This document shows, one piece after another, positions 18,079 through 28,348 of a DNA stretch of 64,000 nucleotides. The stretch's first letter is position 1. Each line of letters opens with the position of its first letter. Position numbers and translations under genes: made by a program. The stretch spans positions 3,162 through 67,161 of the forward strand of contig JBGATO010000011.1 of NCBI GenBank assembly GCA_044229145.1. Reading direction: 5' to 3'. Under the pieces are notes generated by a model, which did not search any database, was not told where the DNA came from, and was given only the letters and a program-made list of their open reading frames with translations. The DNA is from Candidatus Eiseniibacteriota bacterium. GTDB lineage: Bacteria; Eisenbacteria; RBG-16-71-46; CAZEPH01.

Positions 18079-20783
18079 TCGTCGGCGTCGGCAACCTGTC
18101 GCGCGGGGATGACGCCGCGGGACCGCTGGTGGTCCGGGCGATCGCTGCGCGCGGGTTGGCCGGTGTCGAGGCACACGAACTGGGGGACGACACCACGGCG
18201 CTGCTCGACTGGTGCCGTGGTGCGTCGTCGCTGATCGTGATCGACGCGGTGGTGTCGGTGCCGCCGCAACCGCCCGGGACCGTGCACCGACTCGATGCGT
18301 CGCGTGCCGCGGTGCCGGCGACGTGGTCCGCGACCTCGACGCACGGGCTCGGCATTGGGCGCATGCTGGAGTTGGCACGCACGATGGGCTGCTTGCCGCC
18401 CGAGGGGTGGGTGTTCGGCATCGAAGCGGCGGCGTGCGAGACGGGGGAGGCGGTGAGCGCGGCGGTGAGCGCGGCGATGCAGGTGGTGGAAGACGATATC
18501 GTCCAACTCGCGCGCGGCGATGCGGAGGACGTGGTCGCGCGGCGGCTCCTGTTGCGCGGCGCCGTGCAAGGCGTCGGCTTCCGGCCGTATGTGTATCGCC
18601 TGGCGCACGCGCATGCGGTGAACGGCTCCGTGCGCAACACGACGGCGGGGGTTGAAATCCACGTCGAGGGTCCGCGTGGACGTATCGACGCGTTCTTGCG
18701 CGCCCTGCCGCGGGAGGCGCCGCCGGCGGCGGAGATCCAGTCGTGCGATGTGCGCGCCACCGCGCCGCTCGGGCTCACCGATTTCGGCGTCGCACCCAGC
18801 GTAGCGTCCGCCGCAGCGCGCGGTCGTGTGCATCCCGACCTCGTCGTCTGCGGTGATTGTCTGCGCGAGATGCACGATCCCGCGGATCGACGCTTCGGGT
18901 ATCCCTTCCTGACGTGCACGAACTGCGGGCCGCGGCTCAGCATCGTGGACGGATTGCCCTACGACCGCGCCCGCACCACGATGCGCGGATTCCCGCTGTG
19001 CCCCGAGTGCGCCCGCGAATATCACGATCCCGGCAACCGCCGCTTCCACGCGGAGCCCGTCGCGTGTCCGGCCTGCGGGCCGCAACTGCTATGGGACGGG
19101 CCGCGTGAGGGCCGCGGCACCGCGCTCGAGCAGACGGCCGCGTGTCTGCGCGACGGCGGCATCGTGGCGTTGCAGGGGCTCGGTGGTTACCAATTGCTGG
19201 CCGACGCGCGCTCCGAGGCCGCGGTGACGCGGTTGCGCGCCCGCAAGCAGCGCGGCGACAAACCCTTCGCCGTGATGTTCGGCGACCGCGCCATACTCGG
19301 GCAGTACGCCACGGTGGCCGCGGAGGCCGACGCGGCGCTGTCGTCGAGTGCGGCGCCGATCGTGCTCGTGCCCTTGCACGACGACGCCCCGCTGGCCGAT
19401 GCGGTGGCGCCCGGCATGCGCACGGTCGGTGCGATGTTGCCGTCGACTCCCTTGCATCAGCTGCTGCTCGAGGTGTTCGGCGGCCCGCTGGTGTGCACCA
19501 GCGGCAATCTCGCCGACGAACCGATGGCGCGCACCGCGGAGGACGCGCGCGCGCGGCTCGGCGGCATCGCCGATGCATTCCTGCACCACACGCGGCCGAT
19601 CGCGCGCGTCGTCGACGACTCGGTGGTGCGGCCGATCGCCGGCGCGCCGGTGGTGCTGCGGCGCGCCCGCGGCTACGCGCCGTCGCCGATTCCGCTGCGC
19701 GGCGCATTGCCGACGGTGCGCGCGCTCGGCGGGCATCAGAAGGTCACGGTGGCGTGGACGCACGGCGATGAAGTGGTCGCCAGTCAGCACCTCGGCGATA
19801 TGGACACCCCACGCGCCCGGCGCGCGCTCGCCGACACGGTGCGCGATTTCGAGGCGCTCTATCACCTCGCACCACAGGCCGTGGTGTGCGATCTCCATCC
19901 CGATTACGCGACCACCGCGATGGCGCGCGAGAGCGGTCTCGACGTCATCGCGGTGCAACACCACCACGCGCACGTGGTGAGCCTGCTGGCCGAACACGAT
20001 CTCGACGGCGACATCCTCGGCGTGGCGTGGGACGGCACCGGCTACGGTCTCGACGGCACGATCTGGGGCGGTGAATTCCTCCACGCCTCGCGCGACCGCA
20101 TGGAGCGCCGCGCTCACCTGCGATCGTTCGCGCTGCCGGGCGGCGAGGCGGCGAGCCGCGCGCCGTGGCGCTCCGCGCTCGGGGTGCTGGCCGCGGTGTA
20201 TGGCGACGCGATGTGGAATCTCGACTGCGCGCCGGTGCGCCACGCCCGCGCACGGCGCAGCGTTCTGGCGCGCATGCTCGAAACCGGCGTCGGCACTGTC
20301 ACCACGACGAGCGCCGGCCGTCTCTTCGATGCCGTGGCATCCCTGCTCGATCTGCGGCAGGACACCAGTTACGAAGCGGAAGCGGCGATGGCGCTCGAGC
20401 AGGCGGTGCGTCGTGGTGTGCGCACCGAACTGCTGCCGATCGGTTTCGACGCGGCGCCGCTCAGCCTCGACTGGCGTCCGACGATCGCCGCACTGCTCGA
20501 CGAACGACGACGCGGCGCCGAGCCGGCCGACCTGGCGGCGCGCTTTCACCGCACGCTGGCGCGCGCGATCGCCGACATGGCGACCGTGCTCGGCGCATCG
20601 CGCGTCGGGCTCACCGGCGGCTGCTTTCAGAATGCGGTGCTCACCGAGTGGACGTGCGAGGAACTGCGGGGGCGCCACATCGAGGTGGTCACGCATCGCG
20701 AGGTGCCACCGAACGACGGTGGTCTCAGTATCGGCCAAGCCTTGATCGGCGCGACGCAACTAGCGGCGCGCGCGGAGGGATGA
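17973..20783 (+). CDS. hypF: Fusion of hydrogenase maturation endopeptidase (HyaD/HycI family) and carbamoyltransferase HypF; start uncertain (17973 or 18009)
   Basis: One ORF: VGVGNLSRGDDAAG, IVIDAV and STHGLG (protease), then GAVQGVGFRP, two Zn fingers, a YrdC-like region, HHHAH, WDGTGYG and PPNDGGLSIGQ (HypF). Confidence 0.88.
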   Translation: MALRADGPQLRPMHLVRDAQSATALRGGDGGGRHVVVGVGNLSRGDDAAGPLVVRAIAARGLAGVEAHELGDDTTALLDWCRGASSLIVIDAVVSVPPQPPGTVHRLDASRAAVPATWSATSTHGLGIGRMLELARTMGCLPPEGWVFGIEAAACETGEAVSAAVSAAMQVVEDDIVQLARGDAEDVVARRLLLRGAVQGVGFRPYVYRLAHAHAVNGSVRNTTAGVEIHVEGPRGRIDAFLRALPREAPPAAEIQSCDVRATAPLGLTDFGVAPSVASAAARGRVHPDLVVCGDCLREMHDPADRRFGYPFLTCTNCGPRLSIVDGLPYDRARTTMRGFPLCPECAREYHDPGNRRFHAEPVACPACGPQLLWDGPREGRGTALEQTAACLRDGGIVALQGLGGYQLLADARSEAAVTRLRARKQRGDKPFAVMFGDRAILGQYATVAAEADAALSSSAAPIVLVPLHDDAPLADAVAPGMRTVGAMLPSTPLHQLLLEVFGGPLVCTSGNLADEPMARTAEDARARLGGIADAFLHHTRPIARVVDDSVVRPIAGAPVVLRRARGYAPSPIPLRGALPTVRALGGHQKVTVAWTHGDEVVASQHLGDMDTPRARRALADTVRDFEALYHLAPQAVVCDLHPDYATTAMARESGLDVIAVQHHHAHVVSLLAEHDLDGDILGVAWDGTGYGLDGTIWGGEFLHASRDRMERRAHLRSFALPGGEAASRAPWRSALGVLAAVYGDAMWNLDCAPVRHARARRSVLARMLETGVGTVTTTSAGRLFDAVASLLDLRQDTSYEAEAAMALEQAVRRGVRTELLPIGFDAAPLSLDWRPTIAALLDERRRGAEPADLAARFHRTLARAIADMATVLGASRVGLTGGCFQNAVLTEWTCEELRGRHIEVVTHREVPPNDGGLSIGQALIGATQLAARAEG

Positions 20784-20785
20784 CC

Positions 20786-21037
20786 ATGTGCCTGGCAGTG
20801 CCCGGCGAAATCCTTGCCGACGGCATCGGCCCCACCGGACTGCGCACCGGCCGCGTGCGCTTCGGCGGGGCCGAGCGCGATGTGTGCCTCGAGTACGTGC
20901 CGGAGGCGCGGGTCGGTGACTACGTGTTGGTGCACGTCGGTGTCGCCATCGGCACCCTGCGGCCGGAGGACGCCGCGCCGGTGCTCGCCGAATTCGACCG
21001 CCTGCGCGAGACCTTGCGCGCGGAGGCGGCGCGATGA
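20786..21037 (+). CDS. hypC: HypC chaperone
   Basis: [20 protein letters not shown]. Confidence 0.95.
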   Translation: MCLAVPGEILADGIGPTGLRTGRVRFGGAERDVCLEYVPEARVGDYVLVHVGVAIGTLRPEDAAPVLAEFDRLRETLRAEAAR

Positions 21038-22161
21038 AGCACCTCGACGAATATCGCGCCGGCGACGCGGCGCGAGAGCTCGCCGCGCTCATCCGCGCGA
21101 CCGTCACGCGGCCGTGGACGCTCATGGAGATCTGCGGCGGTCAGACGCACAGCATCGTGCGCTCGGGACTCGACACGCTGCTGCCGGATCTCGTCACGCT
21201 GGTGCACGGCCCCGGCTGCCCGGTTTGCGTCACGCCGGTCGCCACGCTCGACCGCGCGCTGCGCCTCGCGGCGCGCCCCGGCATCACGTTCACGAGCTTT
21301 GGCGACATGCTGCGCGTCCCCGGCACGCGTGACGATCTGCTGCGGGTGCGCGCGGCCGGTGGCGATGTGCGCACCGTCTACTCGCCGCTCGATGCGGTGG
21401 CGCTTGCCGAGCGCATGCCCGAGCGCCACGTGGTGTTCTTCGCGGTTGGCTTCGAGACGACGGCGCCGGCCAACGCGATGGCGGTGCGGTTGGCGGCCCA
21501 GCGCGGGCTGACCAACTTCAGCCTGCTCGCCGCGCACGTGCGGGTGCCGCCGGCGATGCGCGCCATCCTCGACGATCCCGACTGTCGCGTGCAGGGTTTC
21601 CTGGCGGCCGGTCACGTCTGCACGATCGTCGGCACCGGCGAATACGAGGACCTCGCGCGAACCTATCGCGTGCCGATCGTGGTCACCGGCTTCGAGCCGG
21701 TCGACATCCTGCAGGGCATCCTGCTCGCGGTGCGGCAGCTCGAGGACGGTCGCGCCGAGGTCGAGAACCAGTACGCCCGCGCGGTGCGGCGCGACGGCAA
21801 CCGCGCCGCGCAAGATGCGGTGCGCGAGGTCTTCGAACCCGCGACGCGCGCGTGGCGCGGTCTCGGTGCGATCGCCGACTCCGGGCTCCGCATCCGCGAT
21901 GCCTACGCGCAGTACGACGCCGAACGCCGCTTTCCCGACGACACGCCGGATGTGCCGGAGCCCGCCGTGTGCCAGTCCGGTCTCGTGCTGCAAGGCCGTC
22001 TGGCGCCTACCGCGTGTCCCGCATTCGGCGATGGCTGCACGCCGGAACATCCGCTCGGCGCCCCGATGGTGTCGAGCGAGGGTGCCTGCGCCGCCTACTA
22101 TCGCTACCGCCGCACCGCGTGCGCCGCCGCGTCGCGGGCCGAGGAGAACGCGCATGCCTGA
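21034..22161 (+). CDS. hypD: HypD
   Basis: [30 protein letters not shown]. Confidence 0.96.
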   Translation: MKHLDEYRAGDAARELAALIRATVTRPWTLMEICGGQTHSIVRSGLDTLLPDLVTLVHGPGCPVCVTPVATLDRALRLAARPGITFTSFGDMLRVPGTRDDLLRVRAAGGDVRTVYSPLDAVALAERMPERHVVFFAVGFETTAPANAMAVRLAAQRGLTNFSLLAAHVRVPPAMRAILDDPDCRVQGFLAAGHVCTIVGTGEYEDLARTYRVPIVVTGFEPVDILQGILLAVRQLEDGRAEVENQYARAVRRDGNRAAQDAVREVFEPATRAWRGLGAIADSGLRIRDAYAQYDAERRFPDDTPDVPEPAVCQSGLVLQGRLAPTACPAFGDGCTPEHPLGAPMVSSEGACAAYYRYRRTACAAASRAEENAHA

Positions 22162-23197
22162 ACTCGCCTGCCCGCTGCCGCTCACCACCACCGATCGCGT
22201 CCTGCTCGGCCACGGCGGCGGCGGCCGCCTCACCCGCGATCTCATCGCCGAGGTGTTCCTCACCGCATTCGGGCCGTCGCCGCACGCTGCGTTGCACGAT
22301 GCCGCGCTGTTGCCGGCGTCGACGCGGCCACTCGCCTTCACCACCGACAGCTTCGTCGTGCAGCCGTTGTTCTTCCCGGGCGGCGACCTCGGGACGCTCG
22401 CGGTGTGCGGCACGGTGAACGATCTCGCGATGGCCGGCGCGCGGCCGCTCGCGCTGAGCGCGGCGTTCATCCTCGAGGAAGGCTGCGCGGTCGCGGATCT
22501 GCGGCGGGTCGTCGCCTCGATGGCCGAGGCGGCACGGCACGCCGGTGTGCGCATCGTCACCGGCGACACCAAGGTCGTCGAGCGCGGCAAGGGCGACAGC
22601 ATCTTCGTCACCACGACCGGCGTCGGGGAAGTGATTGCCCCGCGGCCGGTGCATCCGCGTCGCGTCCAGCCGGGCGATGTCGTGATCGTCAGCGGCACGC
22701 TCGGCCAGCACGGGGTGGCGGTGATGGCGCGGCGCGAAGGCCTCGCGTTCGCCGCGCCGATCGTCAGCGATTGCGCGTCGGTGGCCGGACCGGCGCTGGC
22801 GCTGCTGGACGCCGGACTCGACGTGCACTGCATGCGCGACCCGACGCGCGGCGGTGTCGCCACGACGATGCACGAAATCGCCACCGCCGCGCACGTCGAC
22901 ATTGCACTCGACGAAGACGCGGTGCCGGTCAGTCCCGAAGTCGAGGGCGCGTGCGAGGTGCTCGGGCTCGATCCGCTCTACGTCGCATGCGAAGGGCGCT
23001 TCGTGGCCATGCTGCCTCCGGACGATGCGCGCGAGGCGCTCGACATCCTGCACGCGCACGGCTTCACGGCGGCGGCGCGCATCGGCACGGTCCACGAGGC
23101 CGAGGCGATGGGCGCGCCGCTGACCCTGCGCACGCGACTCGGCAGCCTGCGCGTGCTCGATCTGCTGAGCGGCGAACAACTGCCGCGCATCTGTTGA
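22154..23197 (+). CDS. hypE: HypE carbamoyl dehydratase
   Basis: HGGGG, TTDSFVV, GTVNDL, RDPTRGG, C-terminal PRIC. Confidence 0.96.
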   Translation: MPELACPLPLTTTDRVLLGHGGGGRLTRDLIAEVFLTAFGPSPHAALHDAALLPASTRPLAFTTDSFVVQPLFFPGGDLGTLAVCGTVNDLAMAGARPLALSAAFILEEGCAVADLRRVVASMAEAARHAGVRIVTGDTKVVERGKGDSIFVTTTGVGEVIAPRPVHPRRVQPGDVVIVSGTLGQHGVAVMARREGLAFAAPIVSDCASVAGPALALLDAGLDVHCMRDPTRGGVATTMHEIATAAHVDIALDEDAVPVSPEVEGACEVLGLDPLYVACEGRFVAMLPPDDAREALDILHAHGFTAAARIGTVHEAEAMGAPLTLRTRLGSLRVLDLLSGEQLPRIC

Positions 23198-23207
23198 GCG
23201 GGCGCCG

Positions 23208-23651
23208 CTAGAAGGGGCCGCGCGCGTCGCGGCGGTGCGCCGCGATGCCGCAGAGCAGGAGGATCGCCAGATTCTCCGTCAACTTCATCGCCCCGACGCG
23301 CGGCGCGTCGAGCGTGCCAAAGCAGCCGCACGCGATGTTCAACCCGCGCGCCATCGCCGACGCCACCGCCAGCGTGAACACCACCATGAGCGCGCCGCCG
23401 AGCCAGGCGCCGGCGCGTCCGCGCCGCGTCGTGAACAGTGCGACCGCCACCACCAGTTCGATCCACGGCAGGACGATCGCGAGCGTGTTCTCGAAGCCGC
23501 CGGGCACCAGACGGAAGTTGGCGATGTCCTCGGCCAGTTGCGCCGGCGCGCCGATCTTCGACACCGCGGCGAGCGCGAACAAGCCGCCCAACAGCCAGCG
23601 CGCCGCGAGCACCACCGGCTCGGTCGGCACCCACACCCGTGTCGCGCTCAT
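23208..23651 (-). CDS. MauE/DoxX family membrane protein
   Basis: RWLLGGLF...SKI, LPWIEL, GLNIACGCFG; ATGA overlap with the upstream rhodanese gene. Confidence 0.88.
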   Translation of the reverse strand: MSATRVWVPTEPVVLAARWLLGGLFALAAVSKIGAPAQLAEDIANFRLVPGGFENTLAIVLPWIELVVAVALFTTRRGRAGAWLGGALMVVFTLAVASAMARGLNIACGCFGTLDAPRVGAMKLTENLAILLLCGIAAHRRDARGPF

Positions 23652-24421
23652 CGACTGCCTCCAGCGCGCGGCGCGACCTCGAGGGCGCGGCCCGCGCCCG
23701 TCCATTCGGCGGTGCCGCCCTCGAACACCAGCACGCGCGTGTAGCCGAGGCCGCAGAGCGCGGTCGCCAGCTCGCGCGACAACGGACAGCCGTCGCCGCC
23801 GCAGTACACCAGCACCGGTTGACTCGGCGGTGCCAGACCGCGCAGCGGTTCGACGTCGCCGCCGAGCGCGTCGTAGGACAGCGACCGTGCGCGCGGCAGA
23901 TGGCCGTCGGCGAATTCGTCCGCGGTGCGGGCGTCGAGCACGAGCACATCGTCCTGGTGGAGCAAGCGGTCGACCTGCGCGAGCGACACCGTGCGGGGCG
24001 CGGTCGACTCAGGCACGGTCAGCGGGGGAGGCGCCTCCGGACGTGCGGTGCTCGTGGTGTCGCGCGCCGGAGCCGTCGCCGGGACAGGGGAGACCGTTGC
24101 CGCCGTGGGAGCGATGTGGCGCGGTGCCGGCGTGGCGGCCGCGAGTTCCGGGATGACGCCGGCCTCCCGCGCGGCCGCAGGCGCAGGAGTAGCCGGTGCT
24201 TCCGCAACTGGGGCAATCGGAGCAGCGGGTATCTCCACGAGGGCGGCGAGCGGGGCGGTGTTCGCCCGCCAGGCCAGCCCGCGGGCCGGCCGCTCGCGCA
24301 ATCCCATGACGTTGTGCGCGCCCCCCAACACCACCCCTGCGAACAGCAGCAGGACGACGCCGCGCATCGTGTCGCCGGTGTCGCCGTCGCCGTGCCGTGT
24401 TCGCGCTCCCTGTGCATTCAT
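23648..24421 (-). CDS. Membrane-anchored rhodanese-domain protein with Pro/Ala-rich stalk (start 24421 or 24367)
   Basis: N-terminal TM, PA-rich linker, LDARTADEFADGHLPRA, loop YCGGDGC, FEGGTAEW. Confidence 0.85.
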   Translation of the reverse strand: MNAQGARTRHGDGDTGDTMRGVVLLLFAGVVLGGAHNVMGLRERPARGLAWRANTAPLAALVEIPAAPIAPVAEAPATPAPAAAREAGVIPELAAATPAPRHIAPTAATVSPVPATAPARDTTSTARPEAPPPLTVPESTAPRTVSLAQVDRLLHQDDVLVLDARTADEFADGHLPRARSLSYDALGGDVEPLRGLAPPSQPVLVYCGGDGCPLSRELATALCGLGYTRVLVFEGGTAEWTGAGRALEVAPRAGGSR

Positions 24422-24682
24422 CGGGCGTTCCCCTGTGCCTTGGCTATTGGTGAAGTGTACTGCGTCTCGGAGCGCCGGCTGCATGGGCCAGCGGTGGAGG
24501 CGGACCCGCCGAGCCTCCACCATTGCACACCGCGCAAGGCCTTTGCGTCCGCCGGGCGCTGTGGCAGGATGGCGGCTCCCACCGCGTTCGTGCGGTGTCC
24601 GCGCGCCACGCCTCCGGCCTGGCGCATCGTCGCGGCGTGCCTCCGGCCGCCCGCCACCTTCGGGAAGGACCGCCCCGCTCTC

Positions 24683-25660
24683 ATGGCCGCCGCAAGGACA
24701 CCCCTCGACTTCTTCCGCGTGACGACACCGCAACCGCATCCCGCCGTCACCAAGCGCCTCCTGGCGTCCCACCCCGCGATCCGCGACCTCATCGGCATCA
24801 ATCCGTGGTCGGTGCTGATCGTCGTGGTGCTGGCCGGCCTGCAGACCGCGATGGCCATCGTGCTGTCGCGCGGCGACGCGCCGTGGTGGCTCATCCTGCT
24901 CACCGCGTACACCTTTGGCGCCACCGTCGACCACGCGCTGTGGGTGATGATCCACGAAGCGACGCACAATCTGATGTCGAAATCGCGCGCCGTGAATCTC
25001 ATTGCCGGCTACCTCGCCAACGCCCCGATGGTGGTGCCAGGCTTCGCGTTCTTCCAGCTCTACCACTTGCGCCATCACAGCTTCCAGGGCGAGTTCGAGG
25101 ACGATGCCGATCTCCCCGGCGCCTTCGAGGCGAAGGTGGTCGGCAACGGCATGCTGTCGAAAGCGCTCTGGCTGCTGATCTTTCCGGTGTGGCAGTCGTT
25201 CCGGCCGCTGCACTTGGTGCCGCGGCAGTTCCTGCGGCCGGCCGCGGTGGTGAACTTTTTGACGCAGGGCGCGTTCGTTGCGCTGCTTCTGCAGGTCGCG
25301 CACCTCGATGCCGTGTGGTATTTGCTGGCGTCGCTCTTCTTCTCGCTCGGCCTGCACCCGTATGGCGCGCGGTGGATCCAGGAGCACTACACGTTGACGC
25401 CCGAGCAGGAGACCTACTCCTACTACGGCCGCGCCAACTTGGTGGCATTCAACGTTGGATTCCACAACGAGCATCACGACTTCCCGTCGGTGCCGTGGAA
25501 TCGCCTGCCGGCGCTCAAGGCGATGGCGGCGGAGCACTACGACGGCCTGGCAGCCCACCGCTCGTGGTCGAGGTTGTTGCTGCGGTTCCTCGCCGACTCT
25601 CGCTTCAGCTTGTACTCGCGCGTGGTGCGACCGGGGCGTCGTCACACGTCGGCCGCCTGA
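24683..25660 (+). CDS. Membrane desaturase of the sphingolipid delta-4 desaturase (DES1/DEGS) type
   Basis: His boxes HEATH, HLRHH and HNEHH; N-terminal DF...QPH...LL..HP.I..L; ETYSYYG...FNVGFHNEHHDFP. Confidence 0.85.
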   Translation: MAAARTPLDFFRVTTPQPHPAVTKRLLASHPAIRDLIGINPWSVLIVVVLAGLQTAMAIVLSRGDAPWWLILLTAYTFGATVDHALWVMIHEATHNLMSKSRAVNLIAGYLANAPMVVPGFAFFQLYHLRHHSFQGEFEDDADLPGAFEAKVVGNGMLSKALWLLIFPVWQSFRPLHLVPRQFLRPAAVVNFLTQGAFVALLLQVAHLDAVWYLLASLFFSLGLHPYGARWIQEHYTLTPEQETYSYYGRANLVAFNVGFHNEHHDFPSVPWNRLPALKAMAAEHYDGLAAHRSWSRLLLRFLADSRFSLYSRVVRPGRRHTSAA

Positions 25661-26014
25661 GCGGGACGCGGGGGACAGCTCTGCTTGCCGCGACGCCTGA
25701 CGGCTCGCGGTGCCGCACAGACGCGACACTCTTCGATGCGTCGTCGGCGGACGCGAAATTCGCTGGCGGCTCCGGCGGCCGGCTGGTAGGGTGGCCGGTA
25801 GTACCGTGATTATGCTACTGAGGTCGTAGGGGCCCCACGCTCCCTCGTGGGATCCCGGTTGCGTGGCGCGTCCCTGCCGAACGCGCACTGTCTCGCACAC
25901 ACGCGAAGTCGACCTCGCCCTGGGGACGCGCTTCATGCACCTCCACAGTCTCGGCGTGGGAGTTCCCTCCGACGCCGGCTACTCCCGCCGTACCTGTCTC
26001 GGTGCGGGCGCCCG

Positions 26015-28348
26015 ATGAACTCCGGCTTACCTGGTTCCACCGCCCTGCCCATCCTGCTCGTCGAAGACAATCCCCTGACGCGCAAGATGCTCCGGCTCGC
26101 ATTGGAGAGCGAGGGGTTCGTGGTGCGCGAGGCGGGAGACGGGGCCACCGCGCGACACGCAGCCGCGGCATCGCCCCCCGCGGTCTACGTGCTCGACTAC
26201 GTGTTGCCCGATACGGACGGGCTGAGCCTCCTCGACGACTTGAACGCCGACGCGGGCGGCGTGCGTCGCCCCGCCTTCGTGATCACCGGGATGCCCATGT
26301 CCCATCGGCCGCCGGTGACAGCGGGTGACGTCACCTTCCTCGCAAAGCCCGTCGACCTCGACGACGTGGTGGCGCGCGTGCGCACCGCGCTGACCTCCGC
26401 CGCGCCACCGGCCGCCGCCGATGCGGCCACCCTGCGTGCCCACATCACCGATGACCCGGCACGCCGCGAGGCGCTCCTGCATCAAGCCGCCGAGCACACG
26501 CACGCCCTGTCGATCATGCGCGGCCTCGGCGAACTCATCGCGCGACCCGAAGATGTGGTCTCCGTCATCGGAGAAGTGCTGATCCACAACCTCGATGCCG
26601 CGGGACTCTCGGCCGGCCTGCTCTACGTCGTGGACGAACACGGGCGGCCGGTGCTGCGCGCGCATGCCGGCCTGCCGGACCGGGCACGGCCCGCTGCCGA
26701 GACGTTCTTCGGGAGCCCCGATGCGTTACGCGACCTCGTGCAACTGGGCGAACCGGTGGCGTTTGCCGTCGATCCTCCACCGTGGGCCGGCGCCTGCCTG
26801 GCGGCGCTTCAGGCGCGCAGTCTGCTGGCGGTGCCGTTCCTCGTCGGCGAGGAAACCGTTGGGGTCGTGGTGCTGGCGAGCGGCTCCGACGACCTGCGCG
26901 CGGCGCAGTGGATGACGTTCGCCCGCGGTGTCGCGGTGCAGTTCAGCCAGGCGGTCACACTCGCGCAGTCGCTGGCGCGGGTGCGGCTGCTCGGCGAGCG
27001 GTTCCGCGAGGTGGTGTGGATGATGGCGCCGGGCTTCACCCGTGTGCACTACGTGAGCGTGGGCTACCGGCGCCTGTTTGGCGCGTCGCTCGAGAGCCTG
27101 CACGCCAATCCGCTCTCGTGGCTCGACTTCGTGCATCCTGACGACCGCGCGGCGGCCGCCACCCTCGTCGACCCGAATCTGGAGGGCGACTTCGACCTCT
27201 GCTTCCGTATCCGGCGGGAGGGGCATGACCGGTGGGTGCGCGCCAGCGGTTTCGTCATCACCGATCCCGACGGCCGGCCGGCGCGCATCGCGACGACGCT
27301 CGAAGACATCACCGAGCGCCACGAAGCCGAGCAGGCCCACGTGCGCCGCTCGGCACAACTGCAGGCGCTCGCGGATGCGGCGCTCGGTATCAGCTCGGCG
27401 CGCACCACCGAGGCGATCGCCGACCGGATGTTGGCCGCGGTGACGCCGCTGTCCGGCGCGCGCGCGGCGTCGCTCGAGTGGGGCGACGTCGGAGATCAGC
27501 CGCACTCGCGTGAGATGCTGGAGATCCTGCTGCGCGGCGGATCGAGTCAAGTGCTGGGCGTGCTGCGGATCTTGCCGTCCGATCCGCGCGGCCTCGCGCA
27601 CGACGACATCGCCCTGCTCACCCAACTCGCGCAGCACGCGGGACAGGCGGTGGACAACCGCCGGCTGCTCGCGCACCTCGAGGATGCGCGCGTGCAACTC
27701 GAGGCGTTGTCGCGGCGCATCGTCGCCTTGCAGGAGGACGAGCGGCGGCACATCGCGCGCGAATTGCATGACGACGTCGGACAACTCATCACCGGCCTCA
27801 CGCTCATGCTCGAGGCGCGCGCCCGGGCACATCCCGGTTTCGATGCCGCGCCGCTGCACGATGTGCTGACCCAGATCCATGCGCGCGTGCGCGACCTCTC
27901 CCATTCGCTGCGCCCGCCGATGCTCGACGATCTCGGCCTGATCCCGGCGCTCACCTGGCAGTGCGAGCGCTATCACGTGCAAACCGGCATCCGCGTCGAT
28001 TTCCACCACCGCGATGCCAGCCGGCGTTTCGACTCCGCCCTGGAGACTGCGGTGTTCCGCATCGTCCAGGAAGCCTTGACCAACGTGGCGCGTCACGCGC
28101 GCGCCGATCGCGTGTCCGTCGAAGTGTGGGCGACTCCCACCACGCTCGGCCTCCACGTGCAAGATGCCGGGGTGGGATTCGACACCTCGGCTGCGTCCCC
28201 GCTCTCCAGCGGGTTGGCGAACATGCGCCAGCGAGCGTTGTTGGTCGGTGGCGCGCTGCACATCTCCTCCCGCCCGGGAGACGGCACTCAGGTGTGGGCG
28301 GAGTTGCCCCTCGCGTCTTACGTCCCAGAAAGGATGTCCGCGTCATGA
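26015..28348 (+). CDS. Hybrid sensor kinase REC-GAF-PAS-GAF-HisKA_3-HATPase
   Basis: ILLVEDN receiver; PAS motif VHPDDR; H-box ERRHIARELHDDVGQ; QEALTNVARHA; DAGVGF. Confidence 0.9.
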   Translation: MNSGLPGSTALPILLVEDNPLTRKMLRLALESEGFVVREAGDGATARHAAAASPPAVYVLDYVLPDTDGLSLLDDLNADAGGVRRPAFVITGMPMSHRPPVTAGDVTFLAKPVDLDDVVARVRTALTSAAPPAAADAATLRAHITDDPARREALLHQAAEHTHALSIMRGLGELIARPEDVVSVIGEVLIHNLDAAGLSAGLLYVVDEHGRPVLRAHAGLPDRARPAAETFFGSPDALRDLVQLGEPVAFAVDPPPWAGACLAALQARSLLAVPFLVGEETVGVVVLASGSDDLRAAQWMTFARGVAVQFSQAVTLAQSLARVRLLGERFREVVWMMAPGFTRVHYVSVGYRRLFGASLESLHANPLSWLDFVHPDDRAAAATLVDPNLEGDFDLCFRIRREGHDRWVRASGFVITDPDGRPARIATTLEDITERHEAEQAHVRRSAQLQALADAALGISSARTTEAIADRMLAAVTPLSGARAASLEWGDVGDQPHSREMLEILLRGGSSQVLGVLRILPSDPRGLAHDDIALLTQLAQHAGQAVDNRRLLAHLEDARVQLEALSRRIVALQEDERRHIARELHDDVGQLITGLTLMLEARARAHPGFDAAPLHDVLTQIHARVRDLSHSLRPPMLDDLGLIPALTWQCERYHVQTGIRVDFHHRDASRRFDSALETAVFRIVQEALTNVARHARADRVSVEVWATPTTLGLHVQDAGVGFDTSAASPLSSGLANMRQRALLVGGALHISSRPGDGTQVWAELPLASYVPERMSAS

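Noticed and set aside
23438-25936. Apparent long overlapping ORFs (740 aa plus, 762 aa minus)
   Set aside because: The real genes are the shorter desaturase and rhodanese; the extensions are each other's antisense read-through.
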